From Octopus vulgaris (taxonomy: Eukaryota): 64,000 nt of DNA. Under the pieces are notes generated by a model. That model saw only the letters and a list, made by a program, of their open reading frames with translations, searched no databases and was not told the DNA's origin. Shown in pieces: positions 45,537 to 57,295 of this stretch (its first letter is position 1; every line of letters starts with the position of its first letter). The DNA lies in contig OX597823.1 in the NCBI GenBank assembly GCA_951406725.2, positions 53,258,001 to 53,322,000 of the forward strand, written 5' to 3'. The position numbers were made by a program, and so were the translations under genes.

Positions 45537-45900
45537 AAGATATTGTTGTATTTCGGAATGGTCATTTTACCAGTTTAGCCAATAAATACACACGCACTAT
45601 ATATTTTTTGCGTAATACGATATAAAACCAAGGCTGTATAGATATTAGAGCATTTATAGATAAAAGGTCTTACAGCTGTTTCTAGGATATTATTTAATAA
45701 TATCCCTTCATCGGAGATGGTGTGAGAGGAAAAATTAAGTCATAGTTAGTTTCGATGTGATACAAAATAGAGAGTGAGGTGGAGGAAAGAAAATAGATGT
45801 AAGATATGTATGGGTATTGAATTGTAAATCCGTTTTATAGGCATAATGATATATATGCCGTTTTGTAGACATAATGGTATATATGCAATACCATTATGCC
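45537..45900 (-). mobile_element. Penelope-like terminal fragment next to (TA)n
   Basis: Carries the hammerhead fold at 45668-45717; downstream end on the minus strand runs into (TA)n at ~45520-45536. Confidence 0.65.
45668..45717 (-). ncRNA. Minimal type-I hammerhead ribozyme-like motif (CCGAUGA variant)
   Basis: Minus strand: TCT CCGATGA AG GGATATTAT TAA ATAATATCC TA GAAAC AGCT GTA AGA; 9-bp stem II; palindromic stem III ACAGCTGT; GUA triplet. Confidence 0.75.
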
Positions 45901-46049
45901 TATTATATATTATATTATATCATATTATGTTCTTATAATAATATAATATAATAAGTAATAAATATTTTCTTTTCATTTATATATATATAACGTTGTTGTG
46001 CTTTGTATTTTTTGTTTCTACCTTTGATTTATATATATATATATATATA

Positions 46050-46220
46050 TTTATAAAATTTATGAATAAATGAAAGAATGGAGTTGAACGACAAATTAAC
46101 AAATTTCCTTTATTTTCGACATATGTTTCGAAGGCTGCATATTCCTAATTGTGAAGGAATAAGGAGTACATTAAATGAATTATCCATAAAAAAGATATTT
46201 CATTTTTCTACTCAAACTTA
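46050..46220 (-). mobile_element. Penelope-like terminal fragment (3' half of hammerhead) within (TA)n
   Basis: Minus strand CCTTC GAAAC ATAT GTC GAAAATAAA, palindromic stem III ACATATGT; flanked by (TA)n on both sides. Confidence 0.5.
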
Positions 46221-46247
46221 TATATATATATATATATACATGTGTGT

Positions 46248-46345
<98 letters not shown>

Positions 46346-46397
46346 GTACATATATACATATGTATGTGCGTATCTGTGTGTATGAATATATATATAT

Positions 46398-46631
46398 ATG
46401 GTGTGGATGTGGGTTTCTTTAAAACTAAACTGGATCTCTTCTTGTCGAGAGTCCCAGATGAACCTACCTCACGACAGGAGACGCGGATGCGGGCAGCAGC
46501 ATCCAACTCCCTTGTTGATCAAGTGCCACGTATCAGAGGTGGATTCACAAATTAGTGTAGCTCATTCAGCGGTGGTGCCCCAGCATGGCCGAGGCCTTCG
46601 GGCTAAAACATTTTTAAGGATTTAAGGATTT
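46398..46631 (+). mobile_element. CR1/L2-like LINE 3' end (ORF2 C-terminus + 3' UTR + octamer tail)
   Basis: GVDVGFFKTKLDLFLSRVPDEP...RAAASNSLVDQ...* (stop at 46555); tail (TTTAAGGA)n; flanked by (TA)n. Confidence 0.82.
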
Positions 46632-46934
46632 ATATATATACATACACTCATAATTATTTATATATATATATATCTGGCTTAATATTTCCACGTGATCCCT
46701 TGGGTACAATCTGTTGCAAAAATTCGGGACTGATCTTTCAGTTTGAAGATATCTTCATCCCTTCCGCCTGGTGCCAGAATGCTCCTTTGTCTTCCTTTTG
46801 ATTATATGATTAAAAGCCCGTCGTGCAGTGAGACAAGATAATATTGAACTGGCTGTTGAAAATTGATAACATGACAATGGTATGAATAAAAAAATTAATT
46901 GAACAAACAAACGAAAACCTGAATATAATAACAC

Positions 46935-47330
46935 TTTCTATTAGAGGCACAAGGCCTGATATTTCGGGTGAGGGTGCTAGTTGATTACATCGACCTCAAT
47001 ACTTACCTGGTACTTATCTTATCGACCCCCGAAAAGATGAAAGGCAAAATCCACCTCGGCGGAATTTGTATTTAGAACATAGAGACGAAGGAAATGCCGC
47101 TAAGCGTGCTGACGATTCTACCACTCTCCGAATTAAACACGAACGCAATGAATTAAAATTTTGGCACAAGGTCAGCAAATTCAGGGTTAAGTCGATTACA
47201 TCGACCCCCAAGTGGTCAAAGGCAATGTCGCCCTCGGCGGAATGTCAACTCAGAACGTAATGACGGACGAAATGCTACTTTAGCATTTTACCCGTCATAC
47301 TAGCGATTCTGCCAGCTCGCCCGCCTTAAA
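46935..47330 (-). mobile_element. Two adjacent diverged SINE family B copies (short tail)
   Basis: ggcacaagg..gattacatcgacc..ggcggaat..gaac occurs twice (46935-47130, 47160-47328). Confidence 0.82.
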
Positions 47331-47420
47331 ACTTAGCTTAATAATGAAGTCGATGAATGAAAGCAAAAGACTTAGTTGAGCCGTCAAATGAAACGATGGC
47401 AAACGTAAACAACATTTCAA

Positions 47421-47507
47421 ACCTTGGGCAAGTGTCTTCTCCTATAGCCTCGGGCCGACCAAAGTCTTGTGAGTGGATTTGGTAGACGGAAACTGAAAGA
47501 AGCCCGT

Positions 47508-47555
<48 letters not shown>

Positions 47556-47800
47556 CATATATATACACACACACATATATATATATGTGTGTGTGTGTGT
47601 GTATGTTTATCGCCCCAACATCGCTTGAAAACCGATGCTGTTGTGTTTACGTCTCCGTAAATTAACGGTTCGGCAAAAGAGACCGATAAAATAAGCAGTA
47701 GGCTTACAAAGAATACGTCCTGGGGTCAATTTGCTCGACTAAAGGCGGTGCTGCAGTATGGCCGCAGCCAAATGACTGAAGCAAGTAAAAGAGTAAAAGA
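47421..47800 (+). mobile_element. SINE family A, 5'-truncated
   Basis: Starts at accttgggcaagtgtc; internal (TA)n; tail (AAGAGTAA). Confidence 0.93.
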
Positions 47801-47824
47801 ATCTGATAACGAAAGTGCTAACCA

Positions 47825-47970
47825 TACTAAGAAGTTTGCCGCCCACCGTCTACCTGATTTCAGTTTCAGTCCCACTGCGTGACTCTTTGAGAAAGTGTCT
47901 TCTACTATAGCCCCAGGCCAACCAAAGCCTTGTGAGTGGATTTGGTAATTGGAAACTAAAAGAAACCCGT

Positions 47971-48010
<40 letters not shown>

Positions 48011-48240
48011 TGTGTGTGTTGGCGTTTATGCTGTGCTTATTTCCCACCATCGCTTAACAACAGGTGTTCGTTTGTTTACGTACCCATATTTTTTCGGTTC
48101 TGTAAAAGCGAGTTCATAGAATATGTACAAGACTTTAAAAAAGTACTAACTTCGATCTGTTCGACTAAATCAGTCAAGTCAGTGCTCCAGCATGGCTGCA
48201 TGTCTAGTGACTGAAACAAGTGGAAGATAAAAGATATAAG
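47825..48240 (+). mobile_element. SINE family A, diverged
   Basis: ttcagtcccactgcgtg...gtgctccagcatggctgca..gactgaaacaag. Confidence 0.88.
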
Positions 48241-48320
48241 CAAAATTATAAATCAATTATATTTCATGTTTGTTCGGAAAGAAACCGGATCCTTTAAATA
48301 TATATATCGTTTTATATATA

Positions 48321-48483
48321 GGCGCAGGAGTGGCTGTGTGGTAAGTAGCTTGTTTACCAACCACATGGTTCCGGGCTCAGTCCCACTGCGTGGCACCTTG
48401 GGCAAGTATCTTCTACTATAGCCTCGGGCCGACCAAAGCCTTGTGAGTGGATTTGGTAGACGGAAACTGAAAGAAGCCCGTCG

Positions 48484-48546
<63 letters not shown>

Positions 48547-48762
48547 TTGTGTGTCTGTGTTTGTCCCGCTAGCATTGCTTGACAACCGATGCTGGTGTGT
48601 TTATGTCCCCGTAACTTAGCGGTTCGGCAAAAGTGACCGATAGAATAAGTACTAGGCTTCCAAAGAATAAGTCCTGGGGTCGATTTGCTCGATTAAAGGC
48701 GGTGCTCCAGCATGGCCGCAGTCAAATGATTGAAACAAGTAAAAGAGTAAAGAGTAAGAGTA
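48321..48762 (+). mobile_element. SINE family A, full-length near-consensus
   Basis: GGCGCAGGAGTGGCTGTGTGGTAAG (A box)...GGCTCAGTCCC (B box), ccttgggcaagt, internal (TA)(TG)n, tail GGTGCTCCAGCATGGCCGCAGTCAAATGATTGAAAC + (AAGAGT)n. Confidence 0.96.
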
Positions 48763-48779
48763 AGTTTATTAAGATTGTT

Positions 48780-49290
48780 TTGTTGCATAATAGTTTCCTC
48801 CACTCTCGATACGTCAAACCCAATCAATCCTTGTTTGTTTTCTTGCTTTTCTTGTTTTGCAAAGAATTTTCGGATAGTTTGCCGTTCTCGTTTTAAGTTT
48901 TTTTTTCGGTCGTTTTAATTCTTTGAAATCGGTGAGCTTTCAGTGTGGATTTCAACGTTGATAATAAAAGAAAACATAAAATAGCCTTAGAGCAGAAATC
49001 GGTAGTGTGGCTGAGAATGAGAATCACTTCCAGCTTTGCCAAAATGACATAGATAAAGAGGGACACGTGAGCAAGTGCGTTGTCGTGGTACAGCGAGTAG
49101 ATTTCGTTCGTTCACGCTGCAGGCCTTTTCCTTCACACTGCCACTCTCAAACGCATCCCCACATCGAAGTAAAACGCTTTATTGATCGTCTGACAACATG
49201 GAACAAACATTTGATGAACGACTGGCTATCAATAAAGAAGAAAAAAATGACCATTATCAGCACCGTTTACATTTTGTGACGAAGTTCTAC
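48780..49290 (-). pseudogene. Mariner transposase catalytic-domain relic
   Basis: Minus strand VHQMFVPCCQTINKAFYFDVGMRLRVAV*RKRP...LYHDNALAH...LKSTLKAHRF (cf. mariner EFVP.GQTVN..YY..VL.RLR..VRRKRP..LHHDNAPAH); stops and frameshifts. Confidence 0.85.
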
Positions 49291-49580
49291 CATAACACAA
49301 TTATTTTGTTCTTATTTTCTTTGTTATTCTTTCTTGGGTTTTTTTGTCTTTTTCTTTGTTCAACATTGCAGCCGTACACTCACGTTTCCGTCGAGTTGCT
49401 GGACGTATTATTTAAGAGGGACAAATGTCAGTTCTACCTAAGTAATGTCAATTCGACAATTCGAATACACACGGAAACGAGCACACATATACATATAAAC
49501 ATGCATGCAAACATACCTTCATACACAAATATATACCTATGTATATCTTACACGTATACTATACTATTCTATTTTACCTT

Positions 49581-49977
49581 TTTACTCTCTTTTACTTGTT
49601 TCAGTAATTTGACTGTGGCCATGCTGGAGCACCGCCTTTTAGTCAAGCAAATCGATCCAGGACTTACTCTTTGTAAGCCTAATACTTATCCTATCGGTTT
49701 CTTTTGCCGAACCGCTAAGTTACGGAGACGTAAACACACCAGCATCGGTTGTCAAGCGATGGTGGTGGGACAAACACAGACACGCAAACATATATACACA
49801 CACACACACACATACATATATATATACATATGTACAACGGGCTTCTTTCAGTTTCCGTCTACCAATTCCACTCGCAAGGCTTTGGTCGGCCCGAGGCTAT
49901 AGTAGAAGACACTTGCCCAAGGTGCCAGGCAGTGGGACTGAACCCGGAACCATGTGGTTCGTAAGCAAGCTACTTAG
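49581..49977 (-). mobile_element. SINE family A, near-consensus
   Basis: Tail to head on minus strand, lacking only the first ~20 nt. Confidence 0.94.
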
Positions 49978-50000
49978 CATATATATATATATCTATATAT

Positions 50001-50036
<36 letters not shown>

Positions 50037-51359
50037 ATGAATAGAGAAGTGGTGATGAGTGACAATTCTGTATGTAGTATTTTATAAGCTTTAAACTTAT
50101 AATACATATATATACACACACATATACGCGCGCGCACATACAACTATATTACTCGCGCGCGCGCACAGACACACACACACACACACAAAATATATGTATA
50201 CAAGAAGAAAATGAGGATCCAGCAATTTTACAACCAATGTTGCGTGGCTTTCGCATTTTTTAACGTTATTACGTTTATAAGGGATAATTTCTCACGACGA
50301 ATGTCGCAATTTTTAAAAACTTACATACTTTATTCCGTCCTTAATGTGTAGGCCAGTGGCGATTTACTTTGCTACTGGGCTAACCTCATTGCAAAAAATT
50401 GGATTTATCTTCTGTATCTGTCTGCATCATAGAAAAATTATTACATTGCAAGTATTGCATCATCTTCGGGATTAAAAATTGATCAGCATTGTTGTTGTTG
50501 TTGTTGTTGTTGAAATTGAGAGAGTATGAAACATAGGTGACAGGTACTTTCTTTTCAAAGAATTTTTCCTCAACTTCGACCCTGGTGTTTAACAATCAAA
50601 ATCCTTTTCTTTGTTGAATTCCAATTTATTTTTATCCACTCTTAATGTCTAATTTATAATTTTCAATTTTCATTAAAAAAAAAAAAAAAAAAGAGTCGAA
50701 AGTGTTTACATTCATGTGTGTGTGTGTGTGTGTGCGTGTGCGCGCGCGCGTGCAGTGTTTGTGTGCTTCCTATACGTTAGGTCGCTTTAGTTTGTGGTCT
50801 CTGAACATACTGTAGTAGCGTCTTCAAGTGCTAAACAGTGTATCGTCCCCTAAATTTAGTCTGAATATAATAGACAGACAAATGCACGCACACACACACA
50901 CTAGCAGAAGCACAAATACACACAAATACACTCACACTAACACAAACACACACAACGCGCACACTCGCGTACGTACACAAACATCACCCGCATTCACGCA
51001 CATATAAATCAATACATAACCAACAATGTACATCGTTATTTAGTCGGACATATACCATCTCTGTTACCGAAAACGAAGTGCTTGACGGAATATGTAAATA
51101 AAAATATATTTACATACATTTGCAGTATAATATGTATTGTATATAGAATTGATTATACAAATAGTGGTACATAGTAAATCAACGACTGAGGCATGCATTT
51201 AAATAAAATCTATATATATATTTTAATAGGTGTCTCGGGTGTTGATCTACCATCGTACCACTACTCGTATGTATGACGTACTTATATATTCACATCTAAA
51301 AGTGTGATATATGTATTTCTTATTTACACATACATACACAAATACATGCATAATATATA

Positions 51360-51575
51360 TTGGTTTCATATTTTGGCACAAGGCCAGCAATTTTGAGGGA
51401 GAAGTAAGTCGATTACATCGATCCCAGTGTACAACTGATACTTATTTTATCGACCTCGAAAGAATGAAAAGCAAAGTCGATCTTGACAGAATTTGAACTC
51501 AGAACGTAAATGACAGACGAAATGCTGCAAAGTATTTGGCCCAGCGTGCTAACGATATTGACATTCGCCGCCTTG
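51360..51575 (-). mobile_element. SINE family B (short tail)
   Basis: ggcacaaggccagcaattttgagg..gtcgattacatcga...tttgaactcagaacg...cgccgcctt. Confidence 0.88.
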
Positions 51576-51582
51576 GACGCAT

Positions 51583-51669
<87 letters not shown>

Positions 51670-51699
51670 TATCACTTATGCATATATATTGCAATTTTG

Positions 51700-53880
51700 T
51701 AATCGGAGAAAGTTACAACAGTGATTCCCTGCATAGACAGGGAACTGGTTATTGGAAACTGAATTCGTCTTTCCTAACGCGCCAAGTTTACAGAGACTGG
51801 ATCAGAGAAATAGTTAGGAGGGACTTGACGGGATTAATCGTCAACAGCCGATGGTGGTTAGCATCAGTAAAGTTTTGCAAAGAAACAGTGATAAGAGAAT
51901 TGTAGAGTAGAGGGTGAGCCAGTTAAGAACCTAGAAGAGGCGCTCAGAAAAGGCATTGCAACTGACGTACTGACAGCGAGACTGACCCTCAGTCAATTCT
52001 TCAACGCGAATCACGAAAGTCAAAGCGCTTGCTCTAAGACATGAAGGAACGAAAGCCGTCCGTTGGGTCCATGTGGCAAGGTGCAACGTGGCAACAAAAC
52101 CATCATTCAGTCCCTGATGCATCTGGAAGGGTACTTGCTACTCGATTCCATGCAGGTGAGGCAAAGACATGCCCCATCCCAAACACATCTATTAACGACA
52201 ACCTCCACCTTATGCGAAACATCATAGAAAGGGTGAGTAAAGAACCTGGCATGAATGGGTCTCTTATCAATTTACATCAGTCGAAAGCTTTCAATAGGAG
52301 TTGACCAAAATTTGGCCGCTGTACTCATGGCGGTGATTTCGGTCCCATCTTCAGATAGTTGCAATATACACAGGACATCTGTTTGGTTGCCTGGTGGCCG
52401 GAGTAAATGGCAATTTTCCAGAACCGTTCAGTATCACCCATTCGATTCGCAAGATTGCCCCCTTCTTCCCCTTCAGTACGTGAAGGTGCTCGAATGGCTA
52501 CTGTAGATGTTAGGGATTTTCAGGGGCCTCCCACGTGAACATGAATGTGCAAGAGCTATGCCAACAAATGCGGACATCAACGTAATAGTGACTGATACCA
52601 AATACATCAAAGTGATCAACATTGCTCTGAAGAAATATGAATCGGTGAGAGGAGCAAAAATTAACCAAGAATAGTTGGTGGAACTGCAGCTCGGCACATG
52701 ATGAGATATACATGCCGCCTAACAGCACCGTGGGGTGCTGGACGAACGGACCGGTTAGATTACTCAGAGTCTATTATGGTTCAGACTTGCAAGTGGACAA
52801 GGACTGGGTTAGGGTGACGAGCAGGTAGATAAATGTCACTCGGAAATGGACCGAAAGGAAGTTATACCAGATGCATACTGCGGATGTGGCGAACGCCTAG
52901 AGTGCATCTATCATCTACTACCACCCGATTATTGTGCCTTGCCAGGTTTCATAGTTGACGTGACTGGAGCACTTGCCATCCACTTTCTGTGAACGAAACG
53001 GGTTCCGCTGATTAGATGATATATTTATTATCAACATCCGCCGCATGAAGGACTTGGTATTCATTGGCTAATGGTACGCATACATGCGCTGACGTTACAT
53101 CTCTAGCTTTTCCTTGACGGTGAGAAGATTAAGTTGCCACACTATTTCACAGCTCGTTTCTTGGACAGAACTGTTGTTCTGGATTAATCGTAGACCGATA
53201 CAGAGCACCAGAATCGGCAAGTGCTCACAGTCTTCAACCTGTCAAGCAATACAATCGGCGGCATTCCATTATAGCATTCTATAGATGATTGGTAGCAGGC
53301 AAGAGCGACGATGTCCTCAGAGGGACCCTGGGTGCCGACCAGAATCGGTTTGTTGGTCTTTTTATGAGGACTTTCGGTCCTGGTCCAGTGGATAATTTAC
53401 AGAAATCCTTCACAGTGCTACTGGTTGGGGATGCATTGCCTGTTCGGGATAAACTCTACAGCCGCACCTACCCGATATGCGCGCTGCGAAACCGTCCTAC
53501 ATACACTCGTCTAGTAACCTAGCTTCGATGACCATTTGAGTTCTTCGAGCTGCTTCTATCGCATTTAGAACAGATCCGGCTATCAGTCTACTCTATTGTG
53601 AAGGACAGCTTGCATTGGGAGGTTGGGAAGAGCCGGCAGTTTTCCTCTATCACATAGCTATGGTGAAAGAGGTTGTGTAGAGGACAAGACTGTGTAGAGG
53701 ACAGGACTGAAGAGAGATGCTTTCCTCTTCGGCCAAGCTCTCATAGACGTTTTTAAGTTCCATTTAAAAAAGAAGGTAAGGGTTGAAAGGGAGTAGCTCT
53801 CCAATAAATTTGTTGAAAAGTGTGTGAATATGGCAAAGCTGGCCCACGTTAGTGGCTCTACTCCAATTTAGCGTCTGGAG
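51700..53880 (+). mobile_element. Decayed Tx1/L1-clade LINE ORF2 (post-endonuclease linker, reverse transcriptase, C-terminal region)
   Basis: GTGYWKLNSSFL (~51740); TCPIPNTSINDNLHLMRNII..LINLHQSKAFNR (~52165-52300); QDCPLLPLQYVKVLEWLL (~52450); KYESVRGAKIN..LQLG (~52640); DALPVRDKLY (~53430); many stops and frameshifts. Confidence 0.9.
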
Positions 53881-54064
53881 GATGAAGAGAGTGGATGGGA
53901 TAGGAATACCTACCAATTGGTTGTCGAGACGACCCGGGATCTGTGGAGTTCCTTGGTTACTCTTGAAAGGTACTCACATTTCATTGCAGAATTCTTTTGT
54001 TATAATTTTCTTGTCGTTGTTTTTATTGTTCATACGGGTTTAGGTAAATTCTCACTGCCGTTTG

Positions 54065-54240
54065 TCTTAGTGGTATTTCGTTGGCCTCTAGTTCTGAATT
54101 CAAATCCCTTCGAGATCGACTTTGCCTTTCGTCCTTTCGGGGTCGAGGAAAAAATTAGCAGTAAAGAACTGGGGTCGATGTAATCGACTTGCCCTCACCC
54201 TCAAAGTTTCAGATCTTGTATCTGTAGTAGAAATGATTAT
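54065..54240 (+). mobile_element. SINE family B (short tail), followed by long (ATT)n
   Basis: tagtggtatttcgt..ttcaaatcc..tcgactttgcctttcgtcctttcggggtcg...ctggggtcgatgtaatcgact. Confidence 0.88.
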
Positions 54241-54270
54241 TATTGTTATATTATTATTATAATAATAATA

Positions 54271-54364
<94 letters not shown>

Positions 54365-54583
54365 CTTCGTAACACAGTGTAAGTAAAAATGCACCAGAGC
54401 CTTTAATCATATGTCAAGTCACAACAAGGACCTCAGACAGATAATACTTTCCGCAAGATGTGTGCTGTGCCTAATAAGACTGCTTTTAGCAAGACATCAA
54501 TCTTGCATGGGATTTCTAGTTGCCTTAAGAAGTCTTGAAGTTTCAATGGGATTATTATATTATTATTGTTATTATTATTATTA

Positions 54584-54629
<46 letters not shown>

Positions 54630-54650
54630 TACTATTATTATTGTTATTTG
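54236..54650. repeat. (ATT)n trinucleotide arrays (54236-54363 and 54552-54646)
   Basis: Directly visible. Confidence 0.95.
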
Positions 54651-54984
54651 ATAATTTGTCTGCCTAGGAAAACAATATCTAAAGTATTCTGCCTTTGAAA
54701 ACTTAGAATGTGATTTGGTGGTGCTATCTCTACTATTTCGCACAAATCAAACGACTATGCAGAAGCACCGATCTTGAATCAAAATTTTAAAGGAGTAATT
54801 ACAGGGGGAAAAGGAGTATTCCGCAAGAAGTGAGGAAGCTACCTTCACACTAAAGACCTGGTCCGAATAATTCCAGCAAAGCAGAGACGAATAAATGTAT
54901 CCAACCAAGTACCAGATGGTTATGTTAAACTCACAGACGGGTTATGTCTAACACCCGCCTCCCCACCAAAAGAAAAACAAAATC

Positions 54985-55545
54985 CGTGGTTGAGTGATAA
55001 GAAATCAACTTCTCAACCACATAGTTCCGGGTTCAATCCCACTGCGTGGAACTTTGGGTGAGTGCCTTAGACCAACGCTTTGTGAGTGGATTTGGGAGAC
55101 GGAAATTGATAGAAACCCGACTGCTATATTAAACTTAGAGCTCTACGTAGATTATCCTCATCCAGTCAGCTTCCGGTATAGTTATTAAGCAACTACTATA
55201 TTTGGTAGTATTACTAGCTGTGAACTATAGACCAAATGTGGAAGAAATTACGATAAACACAAGTATATAGTATTAGTTCCTAAGTGCGTTTCACCATTGT
55301 GGTTGCTTGGAACTCTACATTGGATGATCCGAGCCGAATTGAATTCTTAACCACAGCGTCTAAGTCTTTGACAACCGCTTGACAACAGGTTTTGTTTTAC
55401 GTGCGTCCCCGTAACTAAACGATCGGACAAAAAGATACCACTTAAAAATAAGTACTGGAGTTGATTTCTTCAGCTAAACCCTTTAAGGCAGTACTACAGC
55501 ATGGCCGCAGTTACATGACTGAAAAAAACTAAACGATAAAAGAAG
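54985..55545 (+). mobile_element. SINE family A interrupted at its microsatellite site by a ~240-bp insert
   Basis: 5' half 54985-55122; 3' half ~55365-55545; insert carries a hammerhead relic at 55275-55314 (-). Confidence 0.75.
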
Positions 55546-55959
55546 AATCAGTCACTACACAGTTTACGTTGACCAACTTTCTTTCACAAATCTCGGGTCG
55601 ATTTCGGAAATTGTGAGAAGTAACTTACACATGTTGCCGTGTAGTGAGACCGAAAGCGTAACCATGTAGCTGCCGGCGACCCTTAATTATAAGCAGTATG
55701 TTCCACATATAAATATTATGTCCAACAGTAAATGCAATTGCTATGCTAATCATACAATCGAAGGATTTCCAGTCGGACCTAATATAGCTAGTAACTAACT
55801 CTCTATTACAATATTTCCTTAGTGTTGAAATGGTCATATATAATTTGAAGAGCACACATGCGCACGCACACACAGACACTCACACACACGCACATACACA
55901 CACAAACGCACACATACACACACATATTCAGATTCTCACACACACTCACACATATATGT

Positions 55960-56580
55960 ATGATGGTAGTCACATCACTGACCATTGTCCATACAAAATG
56001 CCAACAGTGTTCGGGCATGAGGTGCACCAGCAGTCGGTTCCAACCAGCTTCATGTCCGAACCTTCCATGCTTTCGGCAAGGTACTTCTATTTGACCGGAT
56101 ATCGCAACTTGAAATTTTGGGTCCCATAAGGTTTGCACACCGCCTCACAGACCCTCTCAACACAATTGACATGATCCAGAGACAAGCCAAGTCAAGATAT
56201 CTAGTTCCAATATGGGTCACAGGTTCAGGAATGTGGAAGCACCATGATTTCAATCGCAAGCAAAAGATCACCAAGATGTTCAATGCCATTCCCTGCATAT
56301 CTGGTTTTATACCAGCCTGACCTTCTCCTAGAGTGTGAGGGGTGTCTAACTCTCGGTGGTCTTCCGGCACTTCTGACACCAACCCGGAATTTCTGAGGGC
56401 TCTTTCTATTGATAGAGAGTCGTTGAGTCTATATTGGTTCATCCGTCCTTTCGACAGGATCCTAGCAACCCTCCTCACTAGGCACGCCTAGTTGGGGTGA
56501 CGGTTTAGTCACTGACGACCCAACAAGTTGTACTGAATTCTATGTTACCAGCAGCACACATGAGAGACCTCACAAGTGAC
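55960..56580 (-). mobile_element. Unclassified GC-richer fragment, possibly a LINE 5' region
   Basis: Compositionally distinct from flanks; taaaccgtcaccccaactaggc..gaggagggttgctag resembles 15490-15545; no diagnostic protein motif. Confidence 0.25.
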
Positions 56581-56619
56581 CTGCATATATCTATATCTAT
56601 ATCTATCTATATATATATA

Positions 56620-56770
56620 TAGCCAAATCAAATAAACGAACATTAAAAATAACAATGACAAACAATCGGACGTGCACATTAAATGTATTAGTTTGACACT
56701 CGATAAAAAGAGAGTCTTTGACGTTTCGAGCATAGCTCTTCATCGGAAAGGAATACAGAGAAGTCCACAG
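56620..56770 (-). mobile_element. Penelope-like terminal fragment next to (TA)n
   Basis: Homologous to the 13005 and 60999 fragments; carries the hammerhead fold at 56716-56750. Confidence 0.7.
56716..56750 (-). ncRNA. Minimal type-I hammerhead ribozyme-like motif (CCGAUGA variant), 35 nt
   Basis: Minus strand: CTTT CCGATGA A GAGC TAT GCTC GAAAC GTC AAAG; perfect stems I and II; palindromic loopless stem III ACGT; GUC triplet. Confidence 0.8.
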
Positions 56771-57295
56771 AAAGAAAAGTATCAGACTTTTTTCAGGTTC
56801 TGTCGACCAAATTCACTCACAGGGCTTTGATCGGCTCTCGACCATATCACTATAATAGAAGATAATTGCGTTAGGTGCCGCGAAGTGGAACCATGTGTTT
56901 GGGAAGCAAGCTTTTAAAATTTTCATAAGGAATCTACAGTATTTCAAAATGCTTCGATAATTGGGTTTGTACTTGTTAACCTTTAAAATTGAAACATTCC
57001 CAGGAGTTGTCACAATACATACTACCCCACTGTATGTCTCTATTTAATTTGTAATCATTTTACAATTCAGAGTCCTCTCCCCTTCCTGTTTTTGACAAGA
57101 ATTGTAAACGACGCTTCTGATGCACAAGTCAGTATGTGGGGGTAGTGTGGGGGTGATACATTATAATTTGTCGCGATCCTAAAGAAATTAATAATTTATC
57201 ATGATCTGATAAATTGAATTTTTCCTTTCAAAACAAAATGTGTGTACGCATATGCATACCTACACATGAACAAACATAGTGCGTGTACGAATGTA

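Noticed and set aside
49198-49902. 234-aa ORF
   Set aside because: Chance frame spanning antisense mariner, low-complexity sequence and an antisense SINE.
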